Below, in pieces: positions 31,009-39,028 of a stretch of 49,747 bases of DNA. The notes under the pieces were generated by a model. That model saw only the letters and a program-made list of their open reading frames with translations, made no database searches and was not told where the DNA came from. The stretch covers positions 1-49,747 of the forward strand of contig JBBRLI010000020.1 in the NCBI GenBank assembly GCA_038231455.1, given 5' to 3'. The translations under genes and the position numbers were made by a program. This DNA is from Vulcanimicrobiales bacterium. GTDB taxonomy: Bacteria; Vulcanimicrobiota; Vulcanimicrobiia; Vulcanimicrobiales; Vulcanimicrobiaceae. Position 1 is the stretch's first letter, and every line of letters begins with the position of its first letter.

Positions 31009-32169
31009 TTGCGCCCGCCCGAGTCGGCGGCGATCCGCCCACTCGAGCCGATCCCCGTCTTCGTCCCCTGTACGGGTATCGACACGGTCAAACACGTCAC
31101 CGATGCCTTCGACGTCGGCTGGCTTGGCATGGGCGCGACGACCAAGGAGTTCGAGGACCGGATCGCCGCGTTCTTAGAGTTGGACGGCCGCTACGTGTGC
31201 GTCACCAATACCGGCACGGCAGCGATTCACATCGCGCTACTCGCGGCGGGCGTTGGGCCCGGCGACGAAGTCATCACGACGTCGTTTAACTATGTGGCAG
31301 ACCACCAGGCCATTCGGGCGACGGGCGCCGAGTGCGTGATGGTGGACATTCGCGAAGATAACCTCGGGATCGACGTCGCGAAGGCCGAAGCTGCGATTAC
31401 TCCGCGGACGAAGGCCATCATGCCGCTGCACTTTGCCGGCATTCCGTGCGATATCTCGGAGGTGTACGACCTTGCAAAACGGCACGGATTGCGCGTCGTC
31501 GAGGACGGCACGCATGCATTCGGTACGCGCGTCGGCGGTAAGCGCGTCGGCGGCTTCGGCGACATTGCGACGTTCAGTTTCGATCCGGTGAAGATCATCA
31601 CGTCGGTCGACGGCGGGGCAGTGATCGTGAGCAACGAGGAAGAGCTCAAGCGCTTGCAGCGGATGCGTCTACTCGGCGTCGATAAAGATACGGCCGAGCG
31701 GTATAAAAATTCGCGCGCGTGGGACTACGACGTCGTCAGCGTCGGCTTCCGCTATCACCTGACGAATATCATGGCCTCGGTTGGCATCTCGCAGATCAAA
31801 CGGATCGAAGAATTTATTCGTACGCGCGTCGCCGTTTGTCGCGCGTATAGCCAAGCCTTCGCGCCAATCAAAGACGTGCGCGTGCTCTCGATGGACTTTG
31901 CCGACGTCTCGCCATTCATCTATAGTCTGCGCGTCCCGGCCGAGCGGCGCGAGGCGCTGATCGATCACCTCAAGGCGCGGAATGTCGCCATCGGTATTCA
32001 TTTTATCCCGGTTCATAAACACGAGTGGTTCGCCGACGCTCCGCGCGGTGATATGAGCGTTACGGATCGCGTGACGCAGCAGGTCATCACCCTGCCGTTG
32101 CACTCGAACATGAAAACCGAACACGTCGAGCGGGTGATCGAGGGCGTTACCAGCTTCTTCGGACGTTAA
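31009..32169 (+). CDS. DegT/DnrJ/EryC1/StrS NDP-sugar aminotransferase
   Basis: TGTAAIHIAL, GPGDEVI, VVEDGTHAFG, FSFDPVKIIT (PLP Lys) and GFRYHL motifs. Confidence 0.93.
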   Translation: MRPPESAAIRPLEPIPVFVPCTGIDTVKHVTDAFDVGWLGMGATTKEFEDRIAAFLELDGRYVCVTNTGTAAIHIALLAAGVGPGDEVITTSFNYVADHQAIRATGAECVMVDIREDNLGIDVAKAEAAITPRTKAIMPLHFAGIPCDISEVYDLAKRHGLRVVEDGTHAFGTRVGGKRVGGFGDIATFSFDPVKIITSVDGGAVIVSNEEELKRLQRMRLLGVDKDTAERYKNSRAWDYDVVSVGFRYHLTNIMASVGISQIKRIEEFIRTRVAVCRAYSQAFAPIKDVRVLSMDFADVSPFIYSLRVPAERREALIDHLKARNVAIGIHFIPVHKHEWFADAPRGDMSVTDRVTQQVITLPLHSNMKTEHVERVIEGVTSFFGR

Positions 32170-32179
32170 CGCGGGCCGC

Positions 32180-32650
32180 TCACCGCGAGCGATCGATGCG
32201 CGCCGCGTAGCAGCCGCGTTTTGCGTTGTGCACGTGGAGATAAGCAACGCTCGGATCGGCAAGAAATCGTTCGATGAGCGGCTCGAGTTTCACGCCTTGG
32301 GCGACATCAGCATCGAGCATCGTGCCGCCGGTATCGAAGGCACGAACCGAGAGCAGACGGATACGCAACGATTCAGGGACCTCGTCCACGTACGTCGCCG
32401 TGGTGTTCGCTGCTTCTCGCACGAATATTGCGTGCGATGACCGGTACGGCGTGCGGGCGGGTTGGTGCTCGAAGTTTAGCAAGTAGACGCGCTCCCCGGG
32501 TTCCGCATCCTCAAGGGTGATGCGGCACGGAAAACCGGGCTTTGCATCGACGATCGCGTGAGAAATTCCACGGCGCGCGAGATCGTCGTCGCTCAGTCCA
32601 AAGAGCGGTGCGAAGAGGTCCAGGGGAAGGCCGGCAATCGTATAGCTCAT
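32180..32650 (-). CDS. DUF1203 family protein
   Basis: PGFPCRITLEDAEPGE, PYRSSHAIFV and YLHVHNAKRGCY. TACGAT -10 lies 7 nt upstream of the ATG. Confidence 0.85.
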   Translation of the reverse strand: MSYTIAGLPLDLFAPLFGLSDDDLARRGISHAIVDAKPGFPCRITLEDAEPGERVYLLNFEHQPARTPYRSSHAIFVREAANTTATYVDEVPESLRIRLLSVRAFDTGGTMLDADVAQGVKLEPLIERFLADPSVAYLHVHNAKRGCYAARIDRSR

Positions 32651-32736
32651 GTCCGGGATCGTATGGCTTTTGCTCGTATCGTGCGATCCGGATCTTGCGC
32701 CGGCATTCCACCGGAGGCGGCCTCACAAATTGGCCA

Positions 32737-33111
32737 ATGGGAAAGCGGGTGCTACGGTGGTTGTCCTACGACTTGCGCAAACATGAAGTGGGCGGCGGCG
32801 AAGTCGACAACGTAAACTTCGTCCCGATTCCGATCTTCGAGCTCGAGTCGCGTTATCGCCGAACCCAATTGCGACTCGAGAATAGACCGAGCGTCTCGTT
32901 TACTTACGGCAACGACAATTCTCAGGCTACGCGCCTCGGCGTGCTCGATACGTCGATCCGTCAGTACGTCGGTCAATCGTGGTTCGTTGGGCTGCGCTAT
33001 TTGAACTATTCCGCGCATTACGTAACGGGCAATCGGTTCTACGCGAACGGACGACTCGCCGATCGGAACGTTGGCCTCCTGCCGCTAATCGGTTATCGCC
33101 TGCGCTGGTAA
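32737..33111 (+). pseudogene. Probable remnant of an outer-membrane beta-barrel-like gene
   Basis: Alternating beta-strand pattern and C-terminal IGYRLRW aromatic end, but no signal peptide and only about 124 aa. Confidence 0.35.
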
Positions 33112-33114
33112 GCG

Positions 33115-33483
33115 CTACTCTTCGTCGTAGCGGTTGACCAGGATCTTGATCTGCTGGTTCTTCGCGCTGCGCAAGAACGTGATGTTCACATGCTGACGGC
33201 CGAACGGAAAACGGAAGACGAAGTCAAAGGACTCGGCGCCGTCGCCCGGCTCGCTTGCGAAGCGGTCGAATCGGCCTTGGAATTCTTGTACGGCCGCGCA
33301 GGGCGCGACGTCGCTAAAAAAATTGCGACCGATCACGCGCTCTTTCGAGAGGCGCGCGAGTTTGGATTCATACGCGTTGTACTGTTCGATTTTTCCACTG
33401 AAGTCGACGGAAATGAGTCCGAACGGCAGCGCGTCGACCTCGGATTCTCCAAGCTCGAAGAGATCCTGGGGGTTGACTTCCAT
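33115..33483 (-). CDS. Photoactive yellow protein (PYP)-like PAS protein
   Basis: DALPFGLISVDFSGKIEQYNAYE...VIGRNFFSDVAPCAAVQEFQGRF matches PYP, with Tyr42, Glu46 and chromophore Cys69 equivalents. 122 aa. Confidence 0.85.
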   Translation of the reverse strand: MEVNPQDLFELGESEVDALPFGLISVDFSGKIEQYNAYESKLARLSKERVIGRNFFSDVAPCAAVQEFQGRFDRFASEPGDGAESFDFVFRFPFGRQHVNITFLRSAKNQQIKILVNRYDEE

Positions 33484-33492
33484 ATGCGCGGC

Positions 33493-33518
33493 GGTTCGCC
33501 GGAGTCTCGCGGCGAACC
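33493..33518. promoter_or_regulatory. Inverted repeat between divergent pyp-like and crp-like genes
   Basis: GGTTCGCCG-N8-CGGCGAACC, perfect 9-bp arms. Confidence 0.45.
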
Positions 33519-33528
33519 CGGTCAACCA

Positions 33529-34176
33529 GTGCAAGGATTGACCGCCGACGACATCGACCGACTGGCTGCCGACGGCCGGGTCGAGCTCATCGCCCGCCGC
33601 ACGGTTGTTCCCTTGGACGGACCAACCGTCACGATCATCATCGATGGCTGGTTCCGCGTGTTTCGCAACGCCGCGTTCGTTCGCGACGTCACGCTTTTTC
33701 TCGCCTCGGCCGGGGACGTGCTCGCGCCGGGCGCCCTTTTTGGCGATCGATCGGCCGAGAGTGGAGCCGAAGCCCTCGTCGATGCCCACGTTCTCTTGCT
33801 GGCGCCGGAAGCGTTCACACGGCACGCGGAGAGCGACCCGGAGCTCTTTACGAAGATTGCCGTCGTGCTTGGCCGCCGGGTTTCGCGCGTGCAGAAGCGC
33901 CTCGAGGAGCTGAGCCGCTTTGGGGTCGAGGCGCGGGTTGCCGGTAGTCTGATCGATCTCGCGGCCGATTTCGGGACGGCGGGCCCTGCCGGGGTGAAGC
34001 TGGAGCTACCGCTCTCCCAAGAAGACCTGGCGAACCTAGCGGGAACCACCCGGGAGTCGTGTTCGTCGGCCGTGGCCGAGTTCGCCCGGCGGGGTTTTGT
34101 GAAGGGCAGCCGCCTGAAAGGCCTCGTGATTCTCGATCAGGCCGGCCTTGCGGCCGTGGCCAACGCCGGGGTGTAA
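33529..34176 (+). CDS. Crp/Fnr-family transcriptional regulator
   Basis: cNMP-like beta-roll plus VEARVA...LPLSQEDLANLAGTTRESCS HTH. Start is GTG 33529 or ATG 33484. Confidence 0.88.
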   Translation: MQGLTADDIDRLAADGRVELIARRTVVPLDGPTVTIIIDGWFRVFRNAAFVRDVTLFLASAGDVLAPGALFGDRSAESGAEALVDAHVLLLAPEAFTRHAESDPELFTKIAVVLGRRVSRVQKRLEELSRFGVEARVAGSLIDLAADFGTAGPAGVKLELPLSQEDLANLAGTTRESCSSAVAEFARRGFVKGSRLKGLVILDQAGLAAVANAGV

Positions 34177-34190
34177 TCGGACCGGCCGGG

Positions 34191-34219
34191 TTGACTCCGA
34201 ACGCCTGGGGCCGTATACT
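34191..34219 (+). promoter_or_regulatory. Sigma70 promoter of rplM-rpsI
   Basis: TTGACT-N17-TATACT. Confidence 0.8.
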
Positions 34220-34274
34220 TCGAGGGTTGCCGCGGCCGTCGTCGCGGCTCTTCTCGCCATTCAAAGACGGACAC

Positions 34275-34700
34275 ATGCGCACCTATAACCAGAAAACTGC
34301 CGAAGTCCAGCACGACTGGTACATCGTTGATGCAACGGGGCTCCGCCTCGGAACGCTCGCGGTGCGTATCGCCCGTGCCCTTTCCGGCAAGCACAAGCCC
34401 ACCTGGACGCCGCACATCGATGATGGCGACTACGTGATCGTGCTCAACGCCGATAAGGTCGAACTTGGCGGCAACAAGTGGACTCAAAAAGTGTATTACC
34501 GTCATAGCGGTTTCCCCGGCGGCCTCAAGATCGAGACCGCGCAGGATGTGAAGAACCGTTATCCCGAGCGCCTCGTCGAGCGCGCCGTCCGTGGAATGCT
34601 GCCGACGAATCGCATGCGCGACGTTCAGCTGACCCGTCTCAAAGTGTACGTTGGTAGCGAGCATCAGCATGCCGCGCAAAAGCCCACGGAACTGGCGTAG
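34275..34700 (+). CDS. rplM: 50S ribosomal protein L13
   Basis: WYIVDA, GKHKPTWTPH-x-D-x-GD, YYRHSGFPGG and VRGMLP motifs. Confidence 0.98.
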   Translation: MRTYNQKTAEVQHDWYIVDATGLRLGTLAVRIARALSGKHKPTWTPHIDDGDYVIVLNADKVELGGNKWTQKVYYRHSGFPGGLKIETAQDVKNRYPERLVERAVRGMLPTNRMRDVQLTRLKVYVGSEHQHAAQKPTELA

Positions 34701-34707
34701 GAGCATC

Positions 34708-35103
34708 TTGGAAAACAGCGATCTCTTTCTTGGAACCGGCCGTCGTAAGCGCGCCGTCGCTCGCGTGAAGCTCACGCTCGGCAACGGAACGATCACGGTC
34801 AATAAACGCACGGTCGAAGATTTCTTCCCGCGCGCCAGCCTCGTCCAAATCGTCAAACAGCCGCTCGATGTGACCCAGAGCCTCACGCGCTTCGATGTCA
34901 ACGTCAAGTGCGAAGGCGGCGGCGTCTCCGGTCAAGCCGGCGCCGTGCGTCACGGTATCGCCCGCGCACTGCTCGAAATGGACGCCTCGCTGCGCGAACC
35001 GCTGCGTCGCAACGGTCTACTCACCCGCGACCCGCGCGAAAAAGAATCGAAGAAGTACGGCCGCAAACGCGCCCGCAAACGCTTCCAGTTCTCGAAGCGT
35101 TAA
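34708..35103 (+). CDS. rpsI: 30S ribosomal protein S9
   Basis: GTGRRKRAVARV, GGGVSGQAGAVRHGIARAL and FQFSKR. TTG start preceded by AGGAG. Confidence 0.98.
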   Translation: MENSDLFLGTGRRKRAVARVKLTLGNGTITVNKRTVEDFFPRASLVQIVKQPLDVTQSLTRFDVNVKCEGGGVSGQAGAVRHGIARALLEMDASLREPLRRNGLLTRDPREKESKKYGRKRARKRFQFSKR

Positions 35104-35121
35104 TCCGCACAACGGAAAATC

Positions 35122-35160
35122 AAACGAGGCCCGGCGATCTGCCGGGCCTCGTTTTTATTT
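35122..35160 (+). terminator. Intrinsic terminator after rpsI (probably bidirectional)
   Basis: AAACGAGGCCCGGC-gatct-GCCGGGCCTCGTTT followed by TTATTT. Confidence 0.9.
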
Positions 35161-35175
35161 GAAGTCGCGTAGTGA

Positions 35176-35874
35176 TTACGGTCCGGATCGCGTGTTAGCG
35201 CGTTGGATGCTGCGCGCGAGATCTGGTGGCAACAGCCACGCTGAATCGAGTGACATCGCAATGTCGCCGTGCTTCCAACGCGGGCGTGGAATGCGGTGAA
35301 TCACGATGTGACGGTGGCCATCGTATTTTGCGATCGTCGAGAACACCGGGCCTTTTTCACCGCGGGATTCGGAGATGACAATCGGTGTTTTGCCGCGATG
35401 AAGCGGCGCTTCGTACCAAAGCGTTACCGCCGATCCGGTCGGATCGGAAACCGTCGCGTCGCGAAACCGAGTGCCCGCCGGTAAGCCCGCTGGAAGAACG
35501 ATCCGAAAGTGGATTGAGCGCTGCGCCTGCGCGAGCGATTGCGGTACGAGTTCCCTCGAGGTCATCTTCAACGGCGTTCGCGATGTCTTGACGTGCGGTA
35601 ACGTCGCCGCCATGAGCGCGTTGATCAGCCGCGCCGACATCGCATCGGAAGCTGGCTTGACCGCGCGAGAAATGCTTGGAACGAAGAAGAGGATGCCGCA
35701 AAATGCGAGCGCCGAAGCCGCGAACGCAAACGGCGACGCCCTCAACCGGCGCGACACTCTCGTGCCTCGCCGCAGTTCGTCTGCGCCTTGAAATACGTCG
35801 CGCGGGAATTCGGGGATCGGGACATGCTCGAAGCGGCGGTTGAGGACAAACGCGATTTCTTGCTCGATCGTCAT
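35176..35874 (-). CDS. Putative membrane-anchored anti-sigma factor
   Basis: Coupled (ATGA overlap) downstream of the ECF sigma. Short cytoplasmic N-terminus, one TM helix, extracytoplasmic domain (F-x-I-x-LP-x-GLP-x-G). Confidence 0.65.
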   Translation of the reverse strand: MTIEQEIAFVLNRRFEHVPIPEFPRDVFQGADELRRGTRVSRRLRASPFAFAASALAFCGILFFVPSISRAVKPASDAMSARLINALMAATLPHVKTSRTPLKMTSRELVPQSLAQAQRSIHFRIVLPAGLPAGTRFRDATVSDPTGSAVTLWYEAPLHRGKTPIVISESRGEKGPVFSTIAKYDGHRHIVIHRIPRPRWKHGDIAMSLDSAWLLPPDLARSIQRANTRSGP

Positions 35875-36431
35875 GGCATCGACTCCGTTTGGTGCGTAGC
35901 GTTCAGGCGAATTTCGACGAGCGGGCGGAGCCGCGTGCGCGCGAGAGCAAGGCGAAATCGGACCGTTGGTGCGGGAATGCCCAAGGCTTGACCGACTTCT
36001 CGACTCGAGAGTCCGATAAAATAGTGCAACTCGAGCGGTAGCCGGAGCCACTCCGGCAGCGTACCGATGGCGGCGAACAAATCCAAGCGATCGAGGCTTG
36101 CACCCGTCGCGTCGATTGTCGGCGCGTCAACGAGCGGCGCGCGGCGTTCGCCGTCGCGCCGCATCCGACGCGCGCGATCGCGGGCGCGGGAGACGACCGT
36201 ACGATACGCCCAGGCGGGAAAGGCATCGATTTGCCGCAGATCTGCTAGCGCCGCGCAAACCGCAATGCAAGCGTCTTGCGCCGCTTCTTCGGCGGCTTGC
36301 GTGTCGCCGAGAATCGACCATGCGATTCGATATGCATTTGGCCAGAGCGCCCGCGCGAGCGTTTCGCGCGCCGGGGCTCCACCAAGCGCGGCTGCTCGCG
36401 CGAGATCGACTAGCGTATCGAGGCCGCTCAT
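35871..36431 (-). CDS. ECF sigma-70 factor
   Basis: Region 2 (AEEAAQDA...FPAWAYR) and region 4 (LP...GLSSREVGQALGIPAPTVRFRL). Confidence 0.9.
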   Translation of the reverse strand: MSGLDTLVDLARAAALGGAPARETLARALWPNAYRIAWSILGDTQAAEEAAQDACIAVCAALADLRQIDAFPAWAYRTVVSRARDRARRMRRDGERRAPLVDAPTIDATGASLDRLDLFAAIGTLPEWLRLPLELHYFIGLSSREVGQALGIPAPTVRFRLALARTRLRPLVEIRLNATHQTESMP

Positions 36432-36439
36432 AGCCACAG

Positions 36440-36463
36440 GACGTTCGCCAAGGCGCGTCTGTT
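36440..36463 (-). promoter_or_regulatory. Putative autoregulatory ECF promoter
   Basis: Minus strand reads AAC-N17-CGTC, ending 8 nt before ATG 36431. Confidence 0.6.
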
Positions 36464-36472
36464 GGTGGCTGG

Positions 36473-38197
36473 TTAGACGATTTTGAGTTGGTAGATCGTG
36501 ATTTCGTCGTCGCGGCCGCGGATTTTCGCGACCATTTTATCGGCCGGATAATTGAGCTTCGATGCGAGGTACGTCGGTTCGTCGACAAAGATTGCATCGG
36601 GCGGAGCGGCTGCTTGGAGACGTGATGCGAGATTCACCGCGTCTCCGATGACCGTGTAGTCCATGCGCTTTGCCGATCCGATGTGTCCCGCAACGACGTC
36701 GCCCGTAGCAAGGCCGACCGAAATATGTAGTGGACGGCCGAGTTTACTTTCGAGACGCCCAACGATGTCGTTCAGTTCGACTGCCGCTTTGATCGCGCGC
36801 GTCGCATCGTCGCCTCTGACGTTCGGTGGCCCGAAGACGGCCATGATGCCGTCGCCGTAAAATTTATCGAGTAAACCTTCGTAGCGGAAAATCGTCGCAA
36901 CGGCTTCATCAAGATAGGTATTGAGAATGTCGACGACTTGCTCGGCAGGCATGTGCGAGGCCATCTTCGTGAAGTCGCGGATATCGGCGAACATGATCGT
37001 AGCGGGCTGACGTTCGCCGCCGAGTTTGATGTTATCCGGCTGGCGCATCAGCGACTCGACGACGTGCGGTGCAAGGTAGCGCGAGAAGGCCTCTTGCACG
37101 GCGTGACTGCGTTTGATGTCTTCCTGGTGCATCTCTTCGAGCGCGCGTCGTTCGGTCATATCCGTTACCGCGATCGCGGCACCGCCGGGAATATCGCCTT
37201 TTTCAAGCGATGCGATCCGGACTTCGAGTGCCAGTTCGCCGCGCGTCGCATGACGGCCAACCATATTGTAGTGGCCGCCGAAACCGTGACCCGATCCAAG
37301 GAACGTCGTAATGCCGGGGACGAGCGCGTCGAGCCCCCGTTCGGGCTGGCCGACCATCGATGTCGGGATGATGCCGAACGTATTGCCGGCGGCCTCGTTG
37401 AAGGTCGTGATCGTACCGGCTTTGTCGGTGGTGACGACGCCGCTCGTAATCGATTCGAGGATCTGCGTTTGAAACGCCTCGAGACGCGAGATCTCCGCGA
37501 GTCGTAGGGCCTGTTCTTTGAAGAGTCGGGCGTTGTCGATTGCAAGTGCCGCTTGGTGCGCGAAAGCGAGAATGAGCTGCGGATCTCCGCGATGGAAGAG
37601 ATTCGGTGTGATGCGCGAGTCGAGGTATACGACGCCGATCGAGACATCGCGTAGTTTGAGGGGCACGCAGATAATCGAGCGCAGCGCGAGCGTCTGAATC
37701 GATTGCGATGCCTCAAAGCGCGGGTCGGTCTGCGCGTCGGTCGTAAAAACGGGTTCGCCGCTTTCGGCCACTTTGCGCACGATCGACTGTGAGATCTTCG
37801 CATCGTTCGGATCGTCGGGATTGATGTTGTGTGCGATCGCTACGGCGAACTTGCCATCATCGTCGCGCAAGACGACGAAGCCGCGATCGGCTTTCATCAC
37901 CTCCACCGCAGCGTCGAGCACGTCTTTGAGAACGTGGTCGAGGTCGAGCGACGAGTTGACGATCGAGGAAACGCGCGTGAGCATTAACGCTTTTTGAATC
38001 TCGCGCTCCGTGCGATCCGTCATCGCGCTCACTTTGCTGAGCAGCGAGGTGTTTTCGAGCGAGAGCGTATCGAGCGCGAGCAGCGCTCGATCGATTTCAG
38101 CGGACAGCGCTGCGTCGCGCGCGCCGACGCGTGTGCGAATCGCTTCGAGTACCGTTTTTGCAACGTCGGCGGGGGCAGGACTGTGTTCGGTTGCCAT
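36473..38197 (-). CDS. GAF-PAS class III adenylate/guanylate cyclase
   Basis: GAF domain (ADRGFVVL, SIICVPL, AIDNARL), PAS domain (ESITSGVVTTD..FNEAA) and cyclase motifs MFADIRDFT, DKFYGDG, DYTVIGDAVNLASRL. Confidence 0.92.
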   Translation of the reverse strand: MATEHSPAPADVAKTVLEAIRTRVGARDAALSAEIDRALLALDTLSLENTSLLSKVSAMTDRTEREIQKALMLTRVSSIVNSSLDLDHVLKDVLDAAVEVMKADRGFVVLRDDDGKFAVAIAHNINPDDPNDAKISQSIVRKVAESGEPVFTTDAQTDPRFEASQSIQTLALRSIICVPLKLRDVSIGVVYLDSRITPNLFHRGDPQLILAFAHQAALAIDNARLFKEQALRLAEISRLEAFQTQILESITSGVVTTDKAGTITTFNEAAGNTFGIIPTSMVGQPERGLDALVPGITTFLGSGHGFGGHYNMVGRHATRGELALEVRIASLEKGDIPGGAAIAVTDMTERRALEEMHQEDIKRSHAVQEAFSRYLAPHVVESLMRQPDNIKLGGERQPATIMFADIRDFTKMASHMPAEQVVDILNTYLDEAVATIFRYEGLLDKFYGDGIMAVFGPPNVRGDDATRAIKAAVELNDIVGRLESKLGRPLHISVGLATGDVVAGHIGSAKRMDYTVIGDAVNLASRLQAAAPPDAIFVDEPTYLASKLNYPADKMVAKIRGRDDEITIYQLKIV

Positions 38198-38652
38198 CAG
38201 ATGCAGCAGTACAGGACGCGGGTGCCGTACGAGTCGTACCAATTCGCCGGAAGAAATTCGAGGACCGCGTTTGCGGCATCGGCTGGGACGAGGAACGAGA
38301 GATTGCTCGTAAACACTTCGCTTGGCGAGAGAAGCCCGTCTTGCGAGAGATCGATCGCGCCAAGGTGGGGCCGGGGCGTCGGCGTGTAGCGCTTGTCCCC
38401 GACGATCAATTGGAACTCGGGCAAACGAAAGGCTTGCGGTCGGACATTCGACGGATTCTTGAGCCGTGCGTTCTCGACGACGACGTATTGCTGACCGGGC
38501 GGACCGGGATCGACGACGGTTCCGCTACTCGTGATGCCGAGCGGCAAGCGAATTGTAACTGCTGCGAGGGCAGAAATCGGCGCGGCGATCGTTACAGCGA
38601 GCGCTAGAATTGCGGTAAGGATGCGAAAGGTCACGTCCGTTAACCATCCCAT
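38197..38652 (-). CDS. Exported Ig-like (DUF4352-like) protein
   Basis: Signal peptide (ALA-A), beta-rich body, and TGATG coupling to the cyclase. Start is 38652 or 38634. Confidence 0.6.
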   Translation of the reverse strand: MGWLTDVTFRILTAILALAVTIAAPISALAAVTIRLPLGITSSGTVVDPGPPGQQYVVVENARLKNPSNVRPQAFRLPEFQLIVGDKRYTPTPRPHLGAIDLSQDGLLSPSEVFTSNLSFLVPADAANAVLEFLPANWYDSYGTRVLYCCI

Positions 38653-38836
38653 TCGCGCGGCCCGTGCCTGCCAATTAAGGAGAAGACAGCGGTGGTGGAG
38701 GGGTCCGCTGCCTTCTAAAAATTCGACGGCCGCGCTCCAACTACGGTTCCTTCTTTTGTCGCTCCACCCTGCGGCAAGGCAAGTGCGGCAACGAGCCGGC
38801 CATTTTCCGGCCATGCAGGCCCGGTACGCTTCGCCT

Positions 38837-39028
38837 ATGACGATCGATACCGGAGCCAATACCGAGGCCGCGGCGCTTGCCGCCCGCGACCGGCTGACGG
38901 AGCAGACCCGCAGCGGCGCCACAACCGAACGGGGAATGGCGGGGATCGCAACGACGGCGATCTTTGAAGAAGCATTGCTCGCCGCAATCAAAGCCCGCTT
39001 GGCCGAACTCAAAGCGATCGCCAAATGA
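38837..39028 (+). CDS. flgB: Miniature FlgB-like proximal rod protein
   Basis: First gene before flgC. ERGMAGIATTAIFEEALLAAIKARLAELKAIAK resembles the FlgB C-terminal helix. TACGCT -10 lies 6 nt upstream. Confidence 0.5.
   Translation: MTIDTGANTEAAALAARDRLTEQTRSGATTERGMAGIATTAIFEEALLAAIKARLAELKAIAK

Noticed and set aside
33190-33825. Long overlapping N-terminal extensions of the crp and pyp ORFs
   Set aside because: The extensions are antisense shadows. Domain homology starts at about 33483 (pyp) and 33484-33529 (crp).
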